Of a stretch of DNA of 64,000 nt, positions 1 through 7,988 are shown one piece after another. The stretch's first letter is position 1; each line of letters opens with the position of its first letter. The stretch lies in the NCBI GenBank assembly GCA_963705255.1, contig OY970061.1, positions 864,001 to 928,000 on the forward strand. Direction: 5' to 3'. The notes beneath the pieces are model-generated. The model saw only the letters and a program-made list of their open reading frames with translations. It ran no database searches and was not told where the DNA came from. The position numbers were made by a program, and so were the translations under genes. Source of the stretch: an uncultured Methanoregulaceae archaeon. Its GTDB lineage: Archaea; Halobacteriota; Methanomicrobia; Methanomicrobiales; Methanospirillaceae.

Positions 1-1
1 G

Positions 2-835
2 GACCATGACGAAGGTGAGTATTACGAGGCATACGACCGGCTCTTCAATATCCGGCAGCACGGCTGGCTGAATATCCAGGCGCTGCAGATCAACCTTTCG
101 TACTCCGGGGAGAGAGAACTCGTTTCGACCTATAACAAGGTCCGCGCCCTGCTGCCCTATCTCGTCGCGGTCACCGCTTCATCGCCGCTCGTTGAAGGAG
201 AACTGACCGGGACCTGCGACACCCGGCTGGTCTGCTACCGGGATAACCAGAAGGAGATACCGCTGATCTGCAACCACGTAGTCCCACCCCCGATCCGGAG
301 CGTGAAGGATTACCAGGCCGTGCAGGACGGTATCTTTTCCGCGCTCCATGACCGCGGCGCCGATATTCTCTGCGAGGAATGGGTGAACTCGGGCGGGCTC
401 ATCATACGGTTCTCGCGGAGGTGCCTCGAGATCAAGGCGCTCGATGAACAGGAGTCCATCCGCTCGGACATGGCGGTCTGCGCATTTGTCCGCGCCCTGC
501 TCCGCTGCCGCTCCCTGCCGGTAGAGACCGGCCAAGATGCCCTGCTGGGTCTCCTGGAGGAGGCCATCCGGGACGGCACTGCCGCGTTCAGGCCTGAACT
601 CGAACGGCTGTACACTGCCGCCTGGCGCCATGCCACGGAGGATGAACGGCTCTACCTTCCGGTGATACGGGAGCGGATCCTCAGGGGAAGCCTTGCTGAA
701 CTCATCCGCGACCGGTTCCGGCGCGACCATGCAATCTCCCCCCTACTTGCGGAGATGGCGGAGTGCCTGAAAACCAACCGCCCGTACTCGTCCGGCAAAA
801 CCCCGTTCTCCGGTCCCAGCCACGATCAGCATTAA
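2..835 (+). CDS. Glutamate-cysteine ligase family 2 (GCS2/YbdK-like) protein, 5' end outside window
   Basis: Frame open from nt 2 (DHDEGEYYEAYDRLFNIRQHGWLNIQALQINL...ASSPLVEGELTG...DTRL...) into ORF 302..835 with IRFSRRCLEIKALDEQ; the ASSP, DTR and EI(R/K)xxD motifs are typical of GCS2. Confidence 0.8.
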   Translation, partial: DHDEGEYYEAYDRLFNIRQHGWLNIQALQINLSYSGERELVSTYNKVRALLPYLVAVTASSPLVEGELTGTCDTRLVCYRDNQKEIPLICNHVVPPPIRSVKDYQAVQDGIFSALHDRGADILCEEWVNSGGLIIRFSRRCLEIKALDEQESIRSDMAVCAFVRALLRCRSLPVETGQDALLGLLEEAIRDGTAAFRPELERLYTAAWRHATEDERLYLPVIRERILRGSLAELIRDRFRRDHAISPLLAEMAECLKTNRPYSSGKTPFSGPSHDQH

Positions 836-866
836 GACCGGGGAGGACAACCCTACATCAGGATCG

Positions 867-2945
867 ATGCCGATGACACGGATCTTACTCTCTGAAGCCG
901 AGGGCTATATGCTGCTGAAATCCGCGGGCATTCCCGTGCCGCTCTTCTCGGTTGCAGAGACCCCGGAGGATGCAGCCAAGATGGCAGATTCCACCGGGTA
1001 CCCGGTCGTCCTGAAGGTGATCTCGCGGGAGATCGTCCACAAAAGCGATGCCGGCGGGGTCGTCACCGGTATACGGTCGGCTGATGAGGCCCGGACGAGC
1101 TTTGACCGGATCACCCGCTCGGTGCTGGCATATAAACCGGGTGCGGCGATCGACGGGGTCATGGTAGAGCAGCAGCTCATGCCGGGGCTGGAGCTCATCG
1201 TGGGCGGGAAGACCGACCCGACGTTCGGAAAGATCATCACGATCGGGAGCGGGGGAAAACTGGTAGAGTTGCTCCACGATGTCTCTCTCAGGGTTCTTCC
1301 GGTCGATGAGACTGAGATCCGCCTGATGGTCAGGGAACTCCGCAGTTACCCGCTGATCACCGGTTTCCGCCACGAGCCGCCGAGGGATGAAGAGGCGTTC
1401 GTCCGGATGATCGGTGCGGTGTGCCGGATGTTCCTCTCCGATCCCCGTATCGTGGAGTTCGACATCAACCCCCTTATCCTGTACGAAAACGGGGGTTGCG
1501 CCGTTGATGCACGGTTCTATACCGATGACGCGGCGGCGCCAGTACTGCAACTGGAGCCGGTACGCGAGGTGCCGGAAGAACTCTTCCATATCCGTTCCAT
1601 CGCCGTTGTCGGGGCATCGCAGGACCCCAACAAGGTGGGGTACGCGATCTGCCGGAACCTGCTCACCTTCCCGGGGACACTCTACCCGGTCAACCCGAAA
1701 GCCTCCACGATCCTCGGGCGGACTGCGTACCCTTCGCTCTCCGTGATCCCGGACAACGTCGATCTGGCTGTTGTGGCGATCCCGGCAGCCGGCGTCCCCC
1801 GCATTGTCGAAGAAGCGGGAACAAAAGGGGTCCCCCTTGTCATCGTCATATCCTCCGGGTTCCGGGAGGGGAGTGCGGCGGGAAAAGAGCTTGAGGATCA
1901 GATCGTCTCGACAGCAGGACGGTTCGGGATCCGGATCATGGGGCCCAACTGCCTCGGGCTCATGCTCCCCTACCAGGGGATCAATACAACCTTCGACCCG
2001 GTCTCACCCAAGCCCGGCAACATCTCATTCATATCCCAGAGCGGGGCTATCATAACGACCATTGTCGACTGGAGCCTCCCTGAGGAGATCGGGTTCTCCT
2101 CGGTGATCAGTGTCGGCAACCAGGCAGACCTGACCTTCGAGGACTTCATCCGCTTTGCGGGCAATGACCCCGGCACCCGGGCAATCATCCTCTATATCGA
2201 GCAGATCAAATATGGAAAACGGTTCATGGATTCCGTGCGCCGCGTGGCCCTGACGAAGCCGGTCGTGGCCATCAAGTCCGGGTCCTCGCGCATCGGCCAG
2301 AAGGCTGCATCCTCGCATACCGGCTCGCTTGCGGGCAGCTATGACGTCTATATGGCAGCATTCCACCAGGCCGGTGTCATCCCGGTCGACTCCATCCACG
2401 AGGCATTCCAGACCGCCGAACTCCTGGCATCCGAGGGTTACCCGAAAGGGACCCGGGCAGTCGTGATAACCAATGCAGGAGGGTTCGCCGTCCTTTCTTC
2501 GGATTATGCCGAGAAATTCGGGATTGAACTGGTCAGATTTTCACCGGACCTTATCGATGCCCTGAATGCCGTGCTGCCGCCCGACTGGAGCCGGGAGAAC
2601 CCGATCGACATGGTGGGGGACTCGAGCGCGGACCGCTTCGCCCGCACCTTCGATATCATGATCAGAAACCAGGACCTCTGGGACATCGCGTTTGTCATCG
2701 CGGTCCCGTCAGCGATATCTGACCCTATCCGGGTGGCAAACGAGATCGTGCGGTTCTCAAAGAACACCCATAAGATGATCGTGGGCTGCATGATCGGCGG
2801 GGACAGCATGAAGACCCCCCTCCGCATCCTCCGGGATGCCCAGATCCCCAACTTCCCGGACCTGATGGATGCATTCAGGGCAGTGGGGAACATCTGCCGG
2901 CACCGCTGCAGTTCCGGTATGCCGGAGTGCCGCCACGGCTCATAA
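867..2945 (+). CDS. acd: ADP-forming acetate/acyl-CoA ligase, beta(ATP-grasp)-alpha fusion
   Basis: N-terminal ATP-grasp (HKSDAGGV, EFDINP), CoA-binding VAVVGAS...GPNCLG, phospho-His motif SHTGSLAG. Confidence 0.92.
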   Translation: MPMTRILLSEAEGYMLLKSAGIPVPLFSVAETPEDAAKMADSTGYPVVLKVISREIVHKSDAGGVVTGIRSADEARTSFDRITRSVLAYKPGAAIDGVMVEQQLMPGLELIVGGKTDPTFGKIITIGSGGKLVELLHDVSLRVLPVDETEIRLMVRELRSYPLITGFRHEPPRDEEAFVRMIGAVCRMFLSDPRIVEFDINPLILYENGGCAVDARFYTDDAAAPVLQLEPVREVPEELFHIRSIAVVGASQDPNKVGYAICRNLLTFPGTLYPVNPKASTILGRTAYPSLSVIPDNVDLAVVAIPAAGVPRIVEEAGTKGVPLVIVISSGFREGSAAGKELEDQIVSTAGRFGIRIMGPNCLGLMLPYQGINTTFDPVSPKPGNISFISQSGAIITTIVDWSLPEEIGFSSVISVGNQADLTFEDFIRFAGNDPGTRAIILYIEQIKYGKRFMDSVRRVALTKPVVAIKSGSSRIGQKAASSHTGSLAGSYDVYMAAFHQAGVIPVDSIHEAFQTAELLASEGYPKGTRAVVITNAGGFAVLSSDYAEKFGIELVRFSPDLIDALNAVLPPDWSRENPIDMVGDSSADRFARTFDIMIRNQDLWDIAFVIAVPSAISDPIRVANEIVRFSKNTHKMIVGCMIGGDSMKTPLRILRDAQIPNFPDLMDAFRAVGNICRHRCSSGMPECRHGS

Positions 2946-2958
2946 AACCTGATACAAG

Positions 2959-3539
2959 TGTACGGTAGAAATCCTGTCATTGCCCATTGTTTTTGTAAAA
3001 CTGAAAAGGCAGTGAGGGTGACCCCCTCTCTCAAATCGAAGAACACTCCGGGTTCGATCGAAGACCTGCGGTCTTCTCCTGTCTCAAGTCTGATGACTTT
3101 CGACAAGAGGGATTTTTCAAAATCCCTCTGCTCCATCCTTCAAGGATGAAGCATTCTCCAGCCCGCTCTTTCCTTCGGGAATCTGAAATGTTCGTCAGAA
3201 CATTGAAGATGAGAAGAACTCGTCAGAATTCTTCGAACAGCAGTCTCCCCGGAGGGGGAGGCAGCGAAGATGCGGATGCATCTTCTCGATTTCGTAGTCT
3301 GCTGACTACTCAATCATCCCAAGGGGTGCATCCCCTTGACCCCCGGTAAAATCCTCCCGTTCCATCGGGAACTCCTTTCTAACCTTCTGAGTGACTATCA
3401 CGTTATGGGGGATGCCCCAGCGGCGGGGGCGGAGTCTGAAGGGTCCATCAGGACCCTGAAGACGAGAAGAACTCGCCAGAGTTCTTCGAGGCAACGATTG
3501 CCGTAGCCCCCGAGAGCGTGCGATGATCTTACCAGAGCC
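2959..3539 (-). mobile_element. Expanded, degenerate copy of MITE family A (reverse orientation) carrying four inserted hairpin modules
   Basis: Blocks gagggtgaccccctctctc, gggggaggca, tcccaagggg..ccccttgacccccg, aaccttctga..atgggggatgccccagcggcgggggcgga and agcccccgagagcg are collinear with the reverse complement of 53557..53813; decayed ends tgtacggtagaaatcct and gatcttaccagagcc. Confidence 0.75.
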
Positions 3540-3542
3540 GGT

Positions 3543-5222
3543 TCAGAGCGTTATCTTCTTGAGGATCCGGCCGTCCCGGAAGACCGTGATCCCCCCGCCG
3601 CTCTGCGAGACGACAATCCCGACCGCTTTTGTTACGGCCGTGATGGCCGCAACGGAGTTGTGGCGGGTGCCCATGCCCGGGGGAAGGGAGACACCGCTGG
3701 TATCGACGGTGATATAGCGCCCGACCGCCTCGACAAAACCGTCACCGGTGATGACAAACGCACCGTCGAGCTGGGCAAGTGCCTTGATGTTTTCCTTGAG
3801 CTCGGGATTGGTGATGACCCGCAGTTCGGGGCGGTGCCCCTCGAACGGGTTGAGGATGATCTGGCGCGATTTTTCGAGAACGCTCGCGGTATCACCGATA
3901 AGAAAGGTGGTGCCGACCGGCTTTCCTTCTCTCCCTTCGATAGAGATCTCGGTGCAGATGTGGAACACCGCATCGAAGATGTCCTCCCGGATATCGGTAT
4001 CGCCAACCACGAGGTCTTTCCAGGAATCGGTACTGATGCGCACCTGCCCGCTCCGCTTCCTGTCCGTGATGTCATTCCCGATGCAGAGGATCTCGGTTAT
4101 CCGGCCCTGCCCGTCGCGGATAGCCTTGTTTATCCATGCGATCCAGACCCGGTCGCCGTTGCGGCGGACGTTCTCGTTCACATTGACCGCATATCCCTCC
4201 GCATTGAACCCCAGGTCGTTGGCCATCATCGAGAGGTCGTGCTGGACCCGGGATTTCTGGGGAACGATGGTGCCGACAACATTCCTGCCAATCACTTCAT
4301 CGCTGGTATAGTCGAAGAAGGTGAGAGCGTAGAGGTTGAAAAACGTGATAGTGCCCTGCGTGTCCATCCGGATGATGATACTCTGCGTGTTCTGGAGCAC
4401 GTCCCGGTATTTCGCCTCGCTCTCCTTGAGGGCGTCGGTAATTTTCTGTTTTTCCGTGATATCGGTTGCGATAAATGTCCCGCCTCTGGTGGTATCCCGG
4501 GAGTCGAGAGGGTTTGCCTGCAGGTGAACGGGAAGAAAGGATCCGTCTTTTTTCAGGAGCCGGCACTCCGAGTACCCGAGCCCGCGGGAGTCGTGCCGGA
4601 TCAAAAATTCACGGCAGACCTGGTCGTATTCCTCGGGCGTCCTGAAAAGAGATCTCACCTCTTTTCCGATGAGGGAGGATTCTTCGAATCCGAGCATGGA
4701 ACCAAACGGGCGGTTCACCCATTCGACGAGGCCGTTCCGGACCTGGAATATCCCGAGGGGGGTTGCAGAGAGGATAGTAGCGAGCTGCTCGTTCTGGATC
4801 TTGAGCTCCCGTTCAGCCTTCTTCCGGAGCGTGGTCTGTTTGATCAGGCTGACGATCTCAACGAGGTACTGGCGGGGATCCCCGCTTTTAGGCAGGGTGA
4901 TCTCCAGGCCGTTATAGACTTCCTGCATGGCGACCTTATTTCCACCCCGTCTGCCGAGGAGGAGGACCGGCGTGGTATTTCCCTGTGACTTGAGGTATTT
5001 CAGAAATTCGATCCCGTTCATGTCCGAGACGAACTCAATGCCGTTCACCTCGGGTACCTGCTCGTAGGAGACGATGACATCAAACGTCCGCCCTTTGAGC
5101 TTTTCCATGGCATGTTTGATGGAATGGACGGATTCGACCCGCATCTCGCCGGTCTTCTCGAGAAATGTGCGGATTTGTACAAGGAGATCCGTATTGTCAT
5201 CCACAAACAAAACAGAGATCAT
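3543..5222 (-). CDS. Diadenylate cyclase (DisA_N/DAC, DacZ-type catalytic domain) fused to an atypical receiver domain and two PAS domains
   Basis: N-terminal REC (VLFVDDN), two PAS/PAC repeats ending DITEKQK and DITDRKR, C-terminal EGREGKPVGT...LDGAFVI...GTRHNS...VVSQSGG DAC motifs. Confidence 0.88.
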   Translation of the reverse strand: MISVLFVDDNTDLLVQIRTFLEKTGEMRVESVHSIKHAMEKLKGRTFDVIVSYEQVPEVNGIEFVSDMNGIEFLKYLKSQGNTTPVLLLGRRGGNKVAMQEVYNGLEITLPKSGDPRQYLVEIVSLIKQTTLRKKAERELKIQNEQLATILSATPLGIFQVRNGLVEWVNRPFGSMLGFEESSLIGKEVRSLFRTPEEYDQVCREFLIRHDSRGLGYSECRLLKKDGSFLPVHLQANPLDSRDTTRGGTFIATDITEKQKITDALKESEAKYRDVLQNTQSIIIRMDTQGTITFFNLYALTFFDYTSDEVIGRNVVGTIVPQKSRVQHDLSMMANDLGFNAEGYAVNVNENVRRNGDRVWIAWINKAIRDGQGRITEILCIGNDITDRKRSGQVRISTDSWKDLVVGDTDIREDIFDAVFHICTEISIEGREGKPVGTTFLIGDTASVLEKSRQIILNPFEGHRPELRVITNPELKENIKALAQLDGAFVITGDGFVEAVGRYITVDTSGVSLPPGMGTRHNSVAAITAVTKAVGIVVSQSGGGITVFRDGRILKKITL

Positions 5223-5448
5223 GGTGCATCTCCTGAAAATCGCGCGAAATTCACTGTTATGAGGTGGATTGTTGAGCGATAAATAGTTGTTGAGATTGGG
5301 GACCTGCCGGGCAGGGAAAACCCGGGAATTGCCATGATGTCAGGAGGTGTGATGATTCCCGGAGCAGGATGAGCGGGCCGGCCCCATCCTCGGTTCCGGT
5401 ACCGGGTGAGTTATTTTCAAAAGAATCCCGGAAGAATATCAAAAAACT

Positions 5449-5702
5449 GTTCGATAGAAATCCTCAGAGAAACATGCAGTCGCTCTTGGGGGCTCCAGCA
5501 TTTTATGCTTCTGCCTCCGCCGCTCGGGCATCCCCCATATCAGGATAGTTCTTCAGAAGGTTGATGAAAAAACCCGAAAAAACGGGGGTCAAGGGGATGC
5601 TCCCCTTGGGATGCCTCCCCCTCTGGGGGAGAGAGGGGGTCATCCTCCTATTCGCAGCGGAGTATAGGCAAATGATCCGAAAAATAGGGTTTCAACAAAG
5701 CC
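5449..5702 (+). mobile_element. MITE family A, copy 2
   Basis: Highly similar over ~250 bp to 53557..53813; intact right TIR agggtttcaacaaagcc, decayed left TIR, flanks aaaaaact / aaaaaacc (7/8 match). Confidence 0.8.
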
Positions 5703-5714
5703 AAAAAACCGGTC

Positions 5715-6059
5715 TTATTCTTCCGTGTGCTCGACAATTGCCAGCTGGTACATCCAGTCCATGAGCGGGTGGCATTCCTCAACGATACACTCAAGCTCGC
5801 ATCCGATACACGGTATCAGTTCGTCACCTGCGAGCAAATCGCAGGGATTGACCGGCATCTGTCTGGCCCGGAGGAGATAGGTCTTGATCCCCTCTTTCCG
5901 GAATTCGACCCGTTCAATGAGACCGTTCTCTTCCAGCTTCTTGACGATCCGGGAACATTTGCGGCTGTCTACACCCAGCTCCTTCCAGAGTTCACTCTGA
6001 AGCACTCCTTCCGGGCGTGATTGTATCAGCTTCAGTCCATCATCCACAGGATCTCCCAC
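5715..6059 (-). CDS. Winged-helix protein with C-terminal Cys cluster (RPC34/TFE-beta-like)
   Basis: wHTH GVLQSELWKELGVDSRKCSRIVKKLEENGLIER plus PCIGCELECIVEECHPLMDW; lies directly downstream of the LSm gene. Confidence 0.7.
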   Translation of the reverse strand: MGDPVDDGLKLIQSRPEGVLQSELWKELGVDSRKCSRIVKKLEENGLIERVEFRKEGIKTYLLRARQMPVNPCDLLAGDELIPCIGCELECIVEECHPLMDWMYQLAIVEHTEE

Positions 6060-6079
6060 GAGAGTCCACCCCCACCCGC

Positions 6080-6316
6080 TCAGATTACCGGCGCAATAGT
6101 CAGGATATTATTGCCCCGGATTACGACCGTACCGAGGCTTCTTCCCCGCTGGTTGTCCACAAACTCGATAGTCTCTTCCATGTGGATGTTCAGATATTCA
6201 TCCACCGCGATGAGGCGCCCCTGCAGTTTCCGTCTCTCATCCTTTATCTCGACCGATATTTTGGAATCAACAAGCGCAAACACTTTTTTTATTGGCAAAA
6301 CAATTCCGTTAACCAT
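6080..6316 (-). CDS. LSm/Sm-like archaeal protein
   Basis: Sm1 GRLIAVDEYLNIHME and Sm2 VVIRGNNI motifs. Confidence 0.93.
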   Translation of the reverse strand: MVNGIVLPIKKVFALVDSKISVEIKDERRKLQGRLIAVDEYLNIHMEETIEFVDNQRGRSLGTVVIRGNNILTIAPVI

Positions 6317-6445
6317 CTGCCCTAATTTGGGATGTAAGATAATTAAAGTTTGCCCATTCGGGTATTACAGGCTCAGGACCGGCGGGTCTGGTGGGAAAAA
6401 AGACCCCACTTTAGAAACAGAATGAATCAACTCCGTTGATATGCA

Positions 6446-6693
6446 ACTATGAAAATTCGTAAGAGTTCTTTACTTGGGAGGGTTCCCCGCCTCAGGGCCT
6501 CTCCGAGGCACGGCGGGGAAGGAGCATTTTAATTTGCGTGTCTGGTCACGGATCCGCCGCGGGGGCGTGTCGAAAATTCTTAAAAGAATTTTCTTCAGCC
6601 AGCCCTCGCCATCTGGTGACGGCTGGCTCCCCGTTGGGGACAGCCGAAGGCTGTGGAGAAGATTTTCGCCAGAAAATCTTCGACTGCGGCGGC
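6446..6693. repeat. Intergenic palindromic repeat family B, copy 1
   Basis: Shares actatg(a/g)aaatt, ccccgcctcagggcctctccg, gtcgaaaattctt.aaagaattttcttcagccagccc and ggggacagccgaaggctgtggagaagattttc....gaaaatcttcgac with 14669..14987. Confidence 0.85.
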
Positions 6694-6836
6694 GTTCATC
6701 ATGAGGAAATACGCATGCAGGCAATATCCGTATCAACACAAACGACAGGAATGCCTTCAGAGGATCCGCACAACCTCATTCGGCATTATATCACACCTGA
6801 TGCTGAAAACAAAATTTTCGATTGAGCAAAAAAAGA

Positions 6837-7934
6837 TTATTCCGGTATGGGTTCCCAGCGGCTGCGGAACTGCTTCTCGATCCCCGGCAGGGTCGTGTAT
6901 TCCATCTCTTCGAGCGAGAGGCGGTGCGGTTCGAACGGCCCCTGGTCCCGGATGACATCGGCAAGCTCGTTGCAGCGTTCGCGCACACGGTCGAACCCGA
7001 CATCATCAAACATGTCCGCCGGCCCGATCAGTTTCCCGTTGCAGACCTGGAACCCGAGGCAGATTGCCCTCGGAGGGCCGTCAAACCGGGTCATGTTTGC
7101 ATCGCACACGCCGACCGGCATGAATGGGCCGTGATGCGATCCCCTCATCCACCCGGCAACGATGATCGGCGTGCAGAAGGGTTCGATAACTTCCCCAACC
7201 GAGGGGAGCCCGCTCTGAGCCCGGACGATCATGACCGGGTCGTCTTTCCCGACATACCTTCCGGCCATGATGTTCAGCCGCTGGGTACTGGTCGAGGTCG
7301 CGATAATCCCGTCTTTCCGCCACACGTACTTGATCACGTACCGCGAACAGGCGCCGATATAGGAGAGAAGGGTATACGTCTCCTCCGGGGTCTTGAACGT
7401 GATGCGGCGCTTGTTGATGACATCGTGTACCTCGAAGATGAACCCGGTGTGCATGCTCGGATCGATGACCAGCCCGGCGGTATTGAACGGATCGGCAAAG
7501 ATCTTGTACAGGAAGAAGTTCCAGGCACCGGGCTCGGTCTTGTCGGCCATGAAGATGAGCACCGGGTCGCTCCCCCGCTCCTCGAACTCCATCTCGGCGA
7601 CCCCGGGGCCCATCCCCTTCACATTCCCGCTGAACGCATCGGCCAGCAGGTCCTGGCCCGCACCATAGAGTTTCATCGATTTGGCTATCTTGGTGCACTC
7701 GAGAAAGACGTCCCAGGCAAGCTTGTGGACCTCTTCGTTGTCCTCGCCCCGGGTGTGGGTCATGATCAGTTCAAGGTCGTCACCGCAGTGCGTGACGAAT
7801 GAGTCGATCAGGAGTTTCCCTTCCTGGTCCTTGAGCATCTTTGCGGCCTTCTCCAGGAGCTTGGGGTGGGTGCGGGAGTGACCCGGAAAACTGCCCACAT
7901 CCGCTTTAATGACGGAAATCGTGGTTTTCGGCAT
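6837..7934 (-). CDS. fbp: Bifunctional fructose-1,6-bisphosphate aldolase/phosphatase (FBPase class V)
   Basis: KADVGS.PGH, GDDLEL, LYGAGQDLL, ADKTEPGAWN, RYVGKDDP (Schiff-base Lys), GWMRGSH. Confidence 0.96.
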   Translation of the reverse strand: MPKTTISVIKADVGSFPGHSRTHPKLLEKAAKMLKDQEGKLLIDSFVTHCGDDLELIMTHTRGEDNEEVHKLAWDVFLECTKIAKSMKLYGAGQDLLADAFSGNVKGMGPGVAEMEFEERGSDPVLIFMADKTEPGAWNFFLYKIFADPFNTAGLVIDPSMHTGFIFEVHDVINKRRITFKTPEETYTLLSYIGACSRYVIKYVWRKDGIIATSTSTQRLNIMAGRYVGKDDPVMIVRAQSGLPSVGEVIEPFCTPIIVAGWMRGSHHGPFMPVGVCDANMTRFDGPPRAICLGFQVCNGKLIGPADMFDDVGFDRVRERCNELADVIRDQGPFEPHRLSLEEMEYTTLPGIEKQFRSRWEPIPE

Positions 7935-7988
7935 GAGACTTCACAGTAAGAAATCGTCCCGTGGTTAAAAAATAGTTTGGTGGTTTAT

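Noticed and set aside
2959-3539. Hairpin modules as CRISPR repeats, hammerhead ribozymes or C/D-box K-turns
   Set aside because: No identical repeats with unique spacers; ctgatga at ~3090 is not followed by a stem and GAAA core; the GA/GA pairs lack the 3-nt bulge of a K-turn
5561-5764. Similar small ORFs MMKKPE.. at 5561 and 53671, and ORFs at 6470-6739 and 14670-14996
   Set aside because: They are translations of the non-coding repeats; their ends are not conserved between copies
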